NCBI GenBank assembly: GCA_963753345.1
Contig: CAVWBU010000027.1
Location: forward strand, 256,001-320,000
Source of the DNA: an uncultured Fibrobacterota bacterium
Lineage (GTDB): Bacteria > Fibrobacterota > Chitinivibrionia > Chitinivibrionales > FEN-1185
DNA: 64,000 nt
Direction of reading: 5' to 3'
How positions within the stretch are numbered: the first letter of the stretch is position 1; each line of letters begins with the position of its first letter. The position numbers were made by a program, and so were the translations under genes. The notes under the pieces were generated by a model, which worked only from the letters and a program-made list of their open reading frames with translations, was not told the DNA's origin and did not search any database. Below, piece by piece: positions 38,903 through 50,483 of this stretch.

Positions 38903-41900
38903 TCAAGCAACGGCTTCAATTTTCTCGATGTTTTTCCTCCTGAAAGCAAGCCTGAAGCAGTTTCCCGTCGGATCGGTGTCGAGCCAGATACGGCCGCCGT
39001 GGGCGTTCATCACCATTTTACAGAAAAACAGCCCCAGCCCTTTGGAATACTGCGAGCTTGCGCTGCCCGAGCGGACATACTTGTCAAAGACCGCGGATTT
39101 TTCTTCTTCCGGAATTGGAACACCGGAACTGAAAAAGCTTATGATGCTTTCATCATCGGTGACATCAAGGCTTAACACAACCCGTCCTTCCGCAGGAACG
39201 TATTTGGCAGCGTTGTTGAAGATATTCTGCATCACGCGTTCGACAAGATAGGTGTCCGCTTCAATGGCAAAAAGATCATTTGAGTTATCAACGTGCGAAA
39301 TGGCCACGTTCTTTTCCTCGAACATGATATGCTTGCCCAGAGGCAGCGCCATGGCGAACAGGTTTTTTCCTGTAAGGGTGGCCTTCTTGAGCACAAGTTT
39401 GCCCTCTTCCATCTTCCCGATGTCGAGCAGATTCGACGAAAGGCTTGCTATGCCGGTGCAGCACTCCGAGACAATGCGGCTCGGTCCTGCGGATTTTCGG
39501 ATCGTTCGGGAATTGTTTCGCAAGAAGGGAGGCATTGCCTTCGATACCAGCCGTATAATTTTTGATGTCATGCACAATGGTGCCCGCCAGGAGGCCCTTC
39601 ATCCGCTCCGACTCAACGACTTTGACGTTGTACTCCTGCAATTCCTTGTTCTTTTCCTCAATGTCGCGCGTCTGTTCCTTCACCTTCTTCTCCAGGGTGC
39701 GGTTAAGACGCTTGAACCCGTCCATGAGATAGGCATTCCGCAGGAGCGTATCGGCCTGCGCGGATAGAATCTGCGCCGCCTTCTTGGCGGTTTCGGAGAA
39801 CAGGCCGCTCACCATGTCGTTGCCGAGGTAAACGCATCCGAGATAATATTCGCCATGGTACAACGGCACGCAGAGAACGGAACGGACCCTCTCTGTGTCT
39901 CCACTCAGTGTTTCTTTTGGTGCATTTCTGGTAAGAATGATTGTCTTTTGTTTCTTGGTTTCTTCAATGATCTTTTCCGAATAATGCATGTCCCTGGGGT
40001 TTATCGATGCTCCGTCAAAATTCATTCCCACTGTCTTGCCCGCAATACCGTCATCCTTATTCTCCTCCAGAAAAATATACCCGTATTGAGCGCCGGTCGC
40101 CTTGATCATGGCGGAAAGAATTTGCCCAAGCAAAGCGTCGATGTCGTCTATTTCCCGCATGGACGCGCTCACCTCGTACAGTGTGTCTATGCGAAGCTGG
40201 CTCACTTCCGATAGCGAGCCCTGCTGATCAATTGTTTTCGCCGGAGTATCCTTCTTGTATTCCACGATGACAATATCCGCTTTGTCCTTAAGCCGCTCGG
40301 TCTCAAGCTTGGCTCCGCATTGATGGAAAAGCCTGTATGCGGCGTTAAACGGTCCCTTGCTTCGCCGGGCAGGTTGCAATCCTCAAGGAATAAACCGTAA
40401 TCGCGAAGGGACTTGCCTTCTTCGTAGCGCATGTCGAGAACATGATGCTTCTTGATGGCTTTCTTGAAGAAGTACTTTGCGATGCGCTTTCTTCCCTTGA
40501 ATGCATGAAACCAGGCGAGACAGCGCAACGCAGCACCCATGTGCGCGGGATAGACAATGCCACGGAAAAAGGCTTTTCTGCAATTGATGCCAAGGTCTTT
40601 GAGAAGTTTCTTTTCGGAAAGATCCAGTTGCTTATTGGATTCGTTGGCCAGCCTGTTTCGTTTTTCGGAAATGAGGATTTCGCAATGGGTGGAATAGGCT
40701 GAGGCGATGTATTCCTGGTTGAGGTTTTTTTCTTTGATGGTTCTTAGCGATCGTAATGAAATATCGAAATGATTGCTTGACATTTCATTTAAAAACAAGG
40801 ACATGTTTGCGAAAGAAATATTCGCTATCGTCTTTACCAGCGAATCATTCATTTGCTCGGATTTTTGTTTCAATGTCTACTCAAGTCTTCCTTGCCATTT
40901 TCGTCCTCCAGGAAGCGAATAAAGGACAGCAATCGTTCTTGCGAGAATATACACCTCTGATGATCATTGCATTCAATGCTTTGCGCGTTCCTCTTCATTC
41001 ATGATTTCTTTGCATTTCTGCAAAGTTGCCAGTATAAAAAGCTAGTATAGCCAAGATGTTCTAAAGGCGTCAACTTGTCCCCAAGAGATCACCAACAGAA
41101 CTGTAATTCATCAATGCTGCGTATCAAATATTCTTCGGACTTTTTCCATATTGCCCCAAAGTAACATGTAGACAATGCCACAAAAACATTCCGCAAATAG
41201 CCAGAAGGTCTTTGCGATTAACTATTCGCAATGATTTTATTGATTTCTTAAAATAAGCCAACGATCCGTTTCTTCATTAGCAAAACATAAGCGCCAACAA
41301 TATGGTAAATGTAGGTCTCCGCTTTTTCGTAGCAATCTGGTAACCTGTCTGCAAGGTTCATTGCTTTAAGATGGACATATATTGCTAGAAGCATATCTTG
41401 AAAAAATAACGAATATGACAATTTGTTGAAAATTCTCAATATAAGCCGAATATTCTGATTGCTCATTTTTGGGGAACAAATGTTTCAAGCCAATTGAAAA
41501 GAATAATTGTACTATTGCCTTGTAACACAAGAAGAACACTTGCAACAATCTTGTTTCCAGGTAACCTGACATTCATTTGTCGTAAGGTTTCCGTAAAGAA
41601 TTTTATCGAACTATCAAACTCCCCCATATTATGATAAATCGACCCCACCCTATACTTTATTTCCAATTGTTGATATTTCTCAAGTGCCTCAGGTTTTTCC
41701 AGCAATTTCAGGAACGTATTCAATGCCTGCTGGTTCCTTCCCGTCATCATCAGCACATTCCCGAACTCCATCTGCACCTTGATCATGTCAACGGGAACAG
41801 GCAGACCCAGGCCAGGGCACTGCGAAGCCATGAGGGATGTGTTCATGAAATACCGGGTGGCAATGTCAAACGCGACTTTTTCCGTTGCATAACGCGCGGC

Positions 41901-44059
41901 TTCGTAGCAGATCTCTATGGCCTTAACGAGGTTTTTGCTCTTGAGGTAATATTCCGCAGCGTTGAATATGAATTCCTTGTCCGAGGCCATTTTTTCTTCA
42001 TACACACGCGCTATCTTTTCATTGAGCGCAAATGCATCATCCCGGGACACACGCAGGGCAATGGATTCCTGGACCTTGTCATGTCTGAAGTAAAAGGCAT
42101 TTTCGGATTTTCTGATGATGAATCCGAGGTTTTCGAGCCTGCGCAGTATGCGAGTTACTTCCTCCTTTTCAAAGCCCCCCACTTTCTCCACAATGCCTGA
42201 TTCGACTTTTCCCTGAACAAGCGACGCAAGCATAAGATAACGTTTTTCATTTTCGTTTAATATTTCCAGCCTGGAAAGAACAAGAGAGACAGGGTCGAAT
42301 TTTTCCGGCAATGATTTAATGTCTGACTTATTGTACATCCATCCTGTCGGGGAGGGTTTGAGTATTGAGGTGTTCACCAGGTATTGCACTGCTTCGGAAA
42401 CGGTAAATGGATTGCCGTCTGTCTTGGCTGGACAGCGCATCATCAAGGACTTCAGCGTCCTGAATTTCCCCTATACGGGACGAAACAAGCTCTTTGATTT
42501 CCGCCCTTGAAAACGGCCTGATGTTGAGAAGCTTTCTTATTCCGATTTTCCTGAGGTCAGTGCCGTACGCAAAAATATCAGCATCCGATTTTTCGGTCCG
42601 AAAGGAAATCACGAGCATGCAAACAGGCTGCAAAGCGAGGAATCTCTTGAGCACTTCAAAGGAGATCTGGTCTACCCATTGGAAATCGTCTACGAACACA
42701 ATTGATTGCCGGAAAAGGCTGATTGCGGAGAACAGCATGGACAGTACATGGATGATACGTTCAGCTTCTTTTTCCTTTTCTACTTTGTCTATCTCCCCCA
42801 CTTTTTCAAAATGCCCATGCAAGTTCCGGGATTATCGAGCAAATAACGCCTGAATAATCGCTAAGGTTTTTCTGAAGGATTTCCTTGAACAGGACTTTTC
42901 CCTCTTGATCGACAAAGCGCGATTTTTGACAGAAGTTGAAGCACAATGTTGCGGACAACGGAATATGGCTGGCTCGAGCTGAACCTATTGCATTTCGAAG
43001 AAAGAAACATTGTTCTATCTTCGTTTACCTTGGTCCTGAACCGGTCAACGATTTCGGTTTTGCCCATGCCGGATCTTGCCAAAGATCAGAAACGAGGAAC
43101 CTTTCCCAAACTCCAATTGTTGGAGCCCATGACAAAGAGCTTCAATTTCCGTGTCCCGGCCGACAAATACTTTTGATCGGCCCGCCGCTATTATGGCGTC
43201 CCTTTCGCCTGGAATAAAGGGTTTGCCTTCTTCCCTGATGCAGAGGATCGCCTGTTCTATGTCGTGCTTGAATCCGCTCGCAGTCTGATACCGGTCGTCA
43301 GGGGAAGGTCGCAAGGATTTAAGAAGAATAGTGTTAAGGTACGCAGGAATGTTCTTAACAGGCTTTACCTCAGTCTTAAGCGTAAATTTGAGAAGTTCTT
43401 CAAGGGAATCCTTGTGATCGGGAAACGGCAGGCTGCCGGAGATCATCCTGTACAGAATGAGTCCAACGCAGAAAAGGTCGGACCGTGAATCTATTTTGAA
43501 ATCGGTAAACCCCATCTGCTCGGGCGAAAGATACGGCATGGTTCCCACTATCCTGCCCTCAGGGAGCTTTCGCGCCTCTTCCTCGAGCATGGAAAGACCG
43601 AAATCAAGAAGCTCAAGTCCCCGCTCTTCATTGATGTAAATGTTGTGCGGGTTCAGGTCGCAATGGATTATGCCGCGCGCATGTATATATTCGAGCGCGT
43701 CCAGGACCTGGCTGAACATACAAAAGAGCTTCTTCCGCAGACAGCGCTTTTCTGTTCTCGCAGATTTTTGCAAGGGTCGTTCCGTCACGGTATGGATACA
43801 GAATCGAATAGGTGGTATCGTCGGCAAATGTCTCCGCAGGCCTGGCAATGTTCGGATGGTCGAGCGAAGATACAGTGTCAACTTCTTTCCTGAACCGTAT
43901 TTTCCTTTGTAAAGCCTCACCGGAAGCGACTTTTTGCTCGTTGAGCGATTTGAGAAGAAAATGTTCCCCTGTTTCCTTTTTTCGGGTGAGAAATACATCG
44001 CTGTCCCGGCTGGAGGAAACAAGATTGAGTATGTCGAATTTCTGCTGGAGCGTTTCCAT
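38903..44059 (-). CDS. Large Ser/Thr kinase - AAA ATPase - TPR - GAF - histidine kinase sensor, split by many frameshifts
   Basis: Ordered fragments: kinase (HCDLNPHN, DFGLS, GTMPYLSPEQ), FVGRDTE/GMGKT, VDDFQWVD, GNPF, FRHDKVQE, GAF (SVLCVPL), HDIKN H-box and HATPase (NAAKY, GLGLFFC). Confidence 0.8.
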
Positions 44060-44237
44060 AGTTACTTAACGGAATTGATTGGAGGGAACTTCAGACAAAG
44101 ATTGGCTAACAAGTGTATGATAAATTCTATAATTGAAAAGGCTTTTCGGTCAAGGAGAAAAAGGGGTATCTTGAGCCCGTAGGATCTGGTCCTTTGAAAA
44201 CTCCCCAAGGTATTCGATTATAAATCATCTTGTTCCG

Positions 44238-46013
44238 TTACACCTTCTCTTTAAGAGTTTTTGCAAAGGCCTTCATCAGATATGGGTTGGATTTGATGCC
44301 CTTGGTTTGGCCCATTTCCTTTATTGTTTGCAGCATTCGCGGCTTTGCAGGAAGATGCTGCTCGTAATCATAATAGACCACTATTATTGAAGATTCATTA
44401 TTCTTGTTGTGTGCTGTCGATTCATTTATGCTTTTTTCAAGGTCTGATGTCGAACGTACTTCGTAGAAATTAACACCAAATGCCAGCGCCAGATACCTAT
44501 AATCAGGGTTTTGAATTTTTGTACAAAATTCCAGTTCCCCGCCGTAGGACAAACATTGATTAATCTGGACCATGTTGTAATAATCGTCTTTGAAAATCAT
44601 CCACGTAATACCCAGTTTGTATTGCACTGCTGTCAACACCTCATTACCGTGCATCAAAAAAGAGCCGTCGCCGCAAAGACAAAGAACGAATCTATCTGGA
44701 GAAGCGCATTTGCCACCGATGCATCCGGCAACACTTTGCCCCATTGAGTATCCTGCCGCGGATGTAAAATATCCATTTTGCCGGGCTTTTAGGTGCCGGA
44801 CTGAAGAAAAGGAGGATGCGCCGGTATCTGCAAAAACTATTGAATCATCAGGAAGCAATCTTGAAATTTCAGCGTAAATGTATTCTAATTTTAGTGGTAC
44901 TGTTTTCTCTGCCATCTGGTTATTTTGAGAAATATTGGCTGAAATAACATTATCAGCAATTGCTTTTGCAGATCTTGTTGGCGAATATGCAGTTTGTTTT
45001 AATTGAGCACCTAACGAGTTTAATGTGGCCGGGATGTCTCCTGCAACTGCCAATTCAACAGGAAAGTTCATTGAAAAACGTAAGGTATCTGAATCAATAG
45101 ACAAAATCTTCGTATTCTTGAAAAGATCAGGATCATATGCAAGCGTTTCGGCCTCGGAAAAGTCCATTCCTATCGCTAAAACCATATCGCTCTGTCGAAT
45201 AAGCTTTTCAGCCGACCGGTGACCATAATAGTCAATAACTCCCCCGAACAATTCCTGGAACTCGTTGAGAATTCCTTTTGAACCATGGGTTACAATGAAC
45301 GGAGATTGAATTATATCAACAATGGCTTGAAGTTCACCGCTGCAATTAGGATACACGCACCTATTTCCGATACAAATCAGTGGGTTCTTTGCTTCTCTTA
45401 ACAATGCTATTATGTGCCCTATTTTGCCATTTTCAACCCGGCAGTCATTTGCAATGCGATATTGATCGGGTTTCATATCCTCATATTCGATTTCCACGCT
45501 GAAAAAATCGCTTGGAATCCCTAAATGCACAGGCCCATAAGGAACTGAAAGTGAATTCCGGAACAATTCTCTCAAATAATCTGGTATTCTATCAGGACTG
45601 TACGCTAAAATGGATCTCCTTGTAATGCAATCAAACAGACGGTTTATCGAATATGAAACTCCGTATCCTGAATCTTCCTGATACGCATTTTTTCCAAAAA
45701 GATTTGAAGACACGACTGGAGTTATTGCAATCCCCGGAATCGCAGCCTTGAACATCTCTGCAATTCCACTCGCCAGATTTACAGCTCCGGGACCTGCCGT
45801 TCCTAAGACAAGGGCTGGTTTTTGGGAAACTTTGGTATAATCAAGTGCCATGAATCCGGCAGCGCCTTCGTGCTTTACGGATATGAATTTTATTTTTGAA
45901 TCTTTAAGCGAGCTGAAGAATGAGAGGTAATGGGAGCCTGAGATACCGAAGGCATGTTCTATGCCTTCGAGTTCCAAACATCTTACAATTGCCTGCGCGA
46001 CAGTTATTTTCAT
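44238..46013 (-). CDS. Thiamine-diphosphate-dependent enzyme (acetolactate synthase-like fold)
   Basis: FGISG, KHEGAAGFMA, GPGAVN, GYSMG and GDGSFLM..N ThDP motif. No ilvH/ilvC neighbours. Confidence 0.9.
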   Translation of the reverse strand: MKITVAQAIVRCLELEGIEHAFGISGSHYLSFFSSLKDSKIKFISVKHEGAAGFMALDYTKVSQKPALVLGTAGPGAVNLASGIAEMFKAAIPGIAITPVVSSNLFGKNAYQEDSGYGVSYSINRLFDCITRRSILAYSPDRIPDYLRELFRNSLSVPYGPVHLGIPSDFFSVEIEYEDMKPDQYRIANDCRVENGKIGHIIALLREAKNPLICIGNRCVYPNCSGELQAIVDIIQSPFIVTHGSKGILNEFQELFGGVIDYYGHRSAEKLIRQSDMVLAIGMDFSEAETLAYDPDLFKNTKILSIDSDTLRFSMNFPVELAVAGDIPATLNSLGAQLKQTAYSPTRSAKAIADNVISANISQNNQMAEKTVPLKLEYIYAEISRLLPDDSIVFADTGASSFSSVRHLKARQNGYFTSAAGYSMGQSVAGCIGGKCASPDRFVLCLCGDGSFLMHGNEVLTAVQYKLGITWMIFKDDYYNMVQINQCLSYGGELEFCTKIQNPDYRYLALAFGVNFYEVRSTSDLEKSINESTAHNKNNESSIIVVYYDYEQHLPAKPRMLQTIKEMGQTKGIKSNPYLMKAFAKTLKEKV

Positions 46014-46173
46014 TGTGTGCTTTGCCTTATCAGCGTTGCATTCGATGCTCAAGTTCAGTTCAATCACAAAATCAAAAAATAGTTATTGGTTTTCAACAAA
46101 AGTGAAAAAGAAGGATGCTTCGTTTTTAAAACTGTGTCTATCGTAAGAATGTGCCAAATTCGGAACAAATAAT

Positions 46174-47481
46174 ATGACAAAGGCGCTTGCTCTCATCTCA
46201 CCCAGGGGCAGCTTTAGCAGCAGCAATCCGGAATTTAAGAAATTCTGGAACGGCTCGCCCTATACCTCAACTTACCGTCAGGACTGGTCCGGCCTCGGAA
46301 CCGGTTTGTTAATAGTAGCTGCATTGACTCCATCCGAATATGATGTCAAAATTATCGACGAAAATATTGAATCCGTAGACTTTTCTAAAAAATTTGACCT
46401 TGTCGGCATTACCGCAATGACACAGCAGGCACGTCGGGCATACCAGATTGCAGATGAATTCAGGAAAAGGGGTATGTTGGTAGTTATTGGGGGAATACAT
46501 GCTACGATTTTGCCGGAGGAAGCAAAACTGCATTGTGACAGCGTCGTAATCGGCGAATCTGAAAATACCTGGCCAATGTTGCTAAAAGATCTAAAAGCAA
46601 AGGCTCTGTTACCCTTTTACAAAGCGGACAATATTGTAAGCCTTATAAATTCACCCTTACCAAGATATGACCTGCTAAAGAATAAGAAGTATTCGATTGT
46701 TTGGCTTCAGACCACCCGTGGATGTCCGCACGATTGCGATTTTTGCGCTGCATCAAAGATTTTTGGGGCAAAATACAGGTTCAAAGACATTTATCAGTTA
46801 AGACTGGAAATAGAACTAATCCGAAAAGAACTTGGAAATGTCTTGATCGGTATCGCAGATGACAATATAGCGGTAAATAAGAATCATCTTTCCTTACTAT
46901 TAGATTACCTCAAGACATCTGGCATCAGATGGCTGGGCCAATCAGACATTTCAATTGCCCAGGATAGTGGAATGTTAAACATCGTTCAAAAAAGTAATTG
47001 CAAACTTCTGTTGTTAGGACTCGAAAGTATATCGGCAGAGAACTTAAGGCTTGTCAACAACAACTCCTGGAAGTACAATAAACTTTCAAGTTATTCTTCA
47101 TATATTGGAAAAATTCAGGAAGCGGGCATCGGCGTCCTAGGCTCTTTTATTTTCGGCTTTGATTATGACGATGTTACTGTTTTTAAGCAAACTGCGGATT
47201 TCGTTTTGCAAAACAACCTTTATTATGGTAACTTTAGCATTCTTACCCCATATCCGGGAACAAGATCAAGGGACAGATTAGTAAGAGAAAACAGATTGCT
47301 TCCCACTTCCTGGGAGAATTATACGCTATGGGATTTAAATTTCATTCCAAAAAGAATGAGCACTTCGGAATTACAAGCAGGATTGTTTGATACTTATAAA
47401 ATGATTAACACAAGAGAAGCCTTCGAAAAAAGAGCAATCTTTTTTAAAAATATTTTTAAAAGTCAAATGAGGAAATCTTGA
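46174..47481 (+). CDS. B12-binding radical SAM protein
   Basis: DLVGIT..VIGGIHAT..GESE; TRGCPHDCDFC; GLES; FIFGFDYD; LTPYPGT. Confidence 0.92.
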   Translation: MTKALALISPRGSFSSSNPEFKKFWNGSPYTSTYRQDWSGLGTGLLIVAALTPSEYDVKIIDENIESVDFSKKFDLVGITAMTQQARRAYQIADEFRKRGMLVVIGGIHATILPEEAKLHCDSVVIGESENTWPMLLKDLKAKALLPFYKADNIVSLINSPLPRYDLLKNKKYSIVWLQTTRGCPHDCDFCAASKIFGAKYRFKDIYQLRLEIELIRKELGNVLIGIADDNIAVNKNHLSLLLDYLKTSGIRWLGQSDISIAQDSGMLNIVQKSNCKLLLLGLESISAENLRLVNNNSWKYNKLSSYSSYIGKIQEAGIGVLGSFIFGFDYDDVTVFKQTADFVLQNNLYYGNFSILTPYPGTRSRDRLVRENRLLPTSWENYTLWDLNFIPKRMSTSELQAGLFDTYKMINTREAFEKRAIFFKNIFKSQMRKS

Positions 47482-47505
47482 GAAGAGAATGGTATTTACA
47501 AGTAT

Positions 47506-48870
47506 TCAATTTTCTGCGGCAACTTGTATTTCGAAATATTCTTCGCACACCAGTCTTGATACTCTTTTTTTGTTTTCTCTGTTTTTGTCTATAAGCTCAA
47601 CATGTGCACGGATAACATTGTATAGCAATTCATCTGATTTGCATTCAACGGTTACTTTGAGCACATTCTCATGCATCTTCATCAACCGTTCCACTTCTGC
47701 AGGATAAACTTTATTTCCTCCGACATTGAACATTCGTTTTTTACACTCAATGAAATAGACATATCCTTCATCATCCATTTTGCCAATATCCCCGGAATGC
47801 AACCAACCATTTTTTATTGTCAATTGTGTGGCTTCCGGATTATTATAGTACCCTTTCATCACATTTGCGCCTTTAATGCATATTTCTCCGACTTGCCCTG
47901 CCGGAAGGATTGATCATCCGAATCGAGGATAGCCACTTCGCAACAGGGCAAAGCACGACCTACCGACCCTTGCTTTACTTTATCTCCGGGACAATGCCAC
48001 GTACAAATCGGAGATGCTTCGGTAAGGCCATATCCCTACTTGAATTTCCACATTGAAATCCTTTTTTAAAATAATAGAATACTTTCGGCCAGTCTACTTC
48101 CCCCGCTCGATAGAATTTTTACGCGTGGGAAACTATGGATTTTAAATGTGGCAATTTCTTTAGAAAATAGTATACAAGCGGAATGCTGCATAAATATAGC
48201 GTCACTTTATATCGTTCAAGTTCAGCATTGCTATCTTTCGTATTGTTGAAAAGTTCGCAATATCCTCAATCAAAATATTTCCGCCGACTATAGAAGGAAT
48301 AATAACGCCTGTCTGCAATGCAAACAAATGATGGAATGGGATTATCGAACATGAGAACGGTGTTATCAGATACTTTGGGTTGCATATTATCCCAGCCTCT
48401 GCATTCGCCCTCAAACTCTCATTCGTCAGCATCGCGCCCTTTGCATACCCATCCGCTGCATTGGTGTACAGAATCAGGCACACATCCTCCAGCCCTTCCA
48501 ACTTCCTTTCCTCCAGCCTGCAATCCCTGAATTCAAATTCCTTTTCAAAATCAAACGTGTCCGTGCTTTTATCAATGCGTATGAGTGCGCCCGGCACAGT
48601 GTCGGCCATCATTTCGGCAAGTTCCAGCTTGCCGATGGCCGGATCCACCAGCACGCAGATCTTTCCGGACTTAATAATGCCGAACAGGGCATATACCATC
48701 TTGATGTGGTTGGGAGCAAAAAGATAGACAAACGGCGAGTTGGAAACGGTCCGCTTATTAAGGCATTCCGCCACAGCGTCAATGTTCTGCCGGATTACAT
48801 CGGGCGGGTAGGTCTTGTCCCTGAAGTAGATATTACCAAGATTTAAACTATCGGTGAGAAGCGGCATCAA
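47506..48870 (-). CDS. AMP-dependent acyl-CoA/ACP ligase, frameshifted
   Basis: LYTNAADGYAKGAML (divergent P-loop), PFHHLF, GYGLTEASP, GWLHSGDIG, GGNKVYPAEVE spread over several frames. Confidence 0.75.
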
Positions 48871-48927
48871 TAAATATTCTGTTTTAAGAATGAGTTCGCA
48901 TCAATCGAAGTGCTGCTCAAGCAAAGG

Positions 48928-49197
48928 CTACTTTGAAACAGCCCCTTCTCTTGCCATTTCACCCTCAAGTACGGTCAAGAATTCGTTTAAAGACTCCGCT
49001 TCCATGGCTGAAATCGGAATTTCGATATTCAGTTCGTTCTCAAGTTTTGCCAACACAGCGACAAACTGCATTGAATCAAGGTTCACCTGCTCCCGCAGGT
49101 TCTTTGTCGCGTCAATAGTGGCTGGGTCGATATTGACGACGCTCTGGATAAGGCTGTAAATTTTCTTTCTTGTTGCTTCGTTCAAGTCATCCCCCAC
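48928..49197 (-). CDS. Acyl carrier protein
   Basis: NLDSMQFVAVLAKLENELNIEIP, with the phosphopantetheine Ser in the DS motif. Confidence 0.9.
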   Translation of the reverse strand: MGDDLNEATRKKIYSLIQSVVNIDPATIDATKNLREQVNLDSMQFVAVLAKLENELNIEIPISAMEAESLNEFLTVLEGEMAREGAVSK

Positions 49198-49369
49198 TTC
49201 CGATTAAACCGATCATTTTTGCATTGACAATCAATTTTGATCAAGGCGCTTGTCATTGATCATAGAGCACTCCACGTTCAACATCTTGCCCATATTTACC
49301 GATTTACGATGAGCTGTAACTTCTTTTGATTTATTAAGTTCCAGAAATGACATTTCGTATTGGTTTAAG

Positions 49370-50446
49370 TCAGTCATCTGAATATACATGCCTCCCTGCA
49401 GAAAGCGATATTCCCAGGTTTGGAACGCTGTCCAGCTTCTTAAGGAACAAATCCATTTTTTCTCGTGTGATATTTCCCCTGCCCCACGAACACGGCAGAG
49501 AATCGTCGAGTGCAAGCAATATTCCTTCAACCTGGCAGCCGTAAAAAGTGTCCGGCGAAGCAAGCCCGATGTCGAATCCGGCATCAAGCGCAAACGGCAA
49601 AGACACGATGCCGCCGTGGTAGACAAAGACGTCCTTACGCAGGGGGTCTGTTACCGTCACATTCTGCGGAGCTGAAGCATCGCACACGATGGTGCCGGGC
49701 CTAAAATCATCCTGCGAGTACATGGGAACGTAGGCGCTTGTCACAAAAATAACGATGTCGGATTGCTGGACCGCCATGTTGTTATCGGTGGATATTTCAA
49801 TGTTGCTTGTCAACATATCTTTCCGGCTTTCCTGCAGCGTTTCGAGAGGGCCGATGCTGCGCGCCGTGAGGATCATTCTCTTTACCTTGTTGCCGAAATA
49901 GGAAACGCATCCGCTGCCGATATCTCCGGAGGCGCCAACTATGCCGATGGTCGCCCTGCTCAAATCAACCCCGAGTTCTGCCGTTGTCTTCTCGATAGAA
50001 CGGACGATAACGGCCGCGGTCAACGTGTTGCCTGAGGTAAGCTTCATTTCATGCTTTTGCGCAAAGTCCTGTTCCCTACCCTGCAGAACGATCGAGGTGA
50101 ATGCGCCGAGCGCGGCGACCGTGCATCCGGATTGTGAAGCGATTGAAAGCGCCTGATCGATCTTTTCCACCACCTTTTTAAGCCGTATATCCCTCATGTC
50201 CGGCAAAAACGGGACCATGATCAGGTGCGCATCGAAATAGTTCTTTTTGTCAAAGGTGAGGTTATGCCAATCAATCACTTTATAGGAAGGCGTCCATTCG
50301 AACAGCTTGATAAGGAGCTCATCGCGGTATGTTTTATCCGGACGCAAGTGTTTTATATAGGCCCTGAACAGGGGCATGTCTGCGGGATGCCCGATAAAAG
50401 CGACTTTTGCGGTAGGGCCGTGATGTAGGTGGGTTGCATTCGTCAT
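49370..50446 (-). CDS. Acyl-ACP reductase-like protein (AAR family, fatty-aldehyde forming)
   Basis: AFIGHP, ALGAFTSIV, LTSGNTLTA, IGIVGASGDIGSG, CDASAPQN, GG, YGCQVEGILLAL (catalytic Cys position) and SWGRGNIT match cyanobacterial AAR motifs. Confidence 0.82.
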   Translation of the reverse strand: MTNATHLHHGPTAKVAFIGHPADMPLFRAYIKHLRPDKTYRDELLIKLFEWTPSYKVIDWHNLTFDKKNYFDAHLIMVPFLPDMRDIRLKKVVEKIDQALSIASQSGCTVAALGAFTSIVLQGREQDFAQKHEMKLTSGNTLTAAVIVRSIEKTTAELGVDLSRATIGIVGASGDIGSGCVSYFGNKVKRMILTARSIGPLETLQESRKDMLTSNIEISTDNNMAVQQSDIVIFVTSAYVPMYSQDDFRPGTIVCDASAPQNVTVTDPLRKDVFVYHGGIVSLPFALDAGFDIGLASPDTFYGCQVEGILLALDDSLPCSWGRGNITREKMDLFLKKLDSVPNLGISLSAGRHVYSDD

Positions 50447-50483
50447 GGGCTGGTCGCGTCCGGTGCCTGAAGCGGTCAGACAG

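Noticed and set aside
49370-50446. Cyanobacterial alkane pathway
   Set aside because: No aldehyde-deformylating oxygenase gene is in the window.
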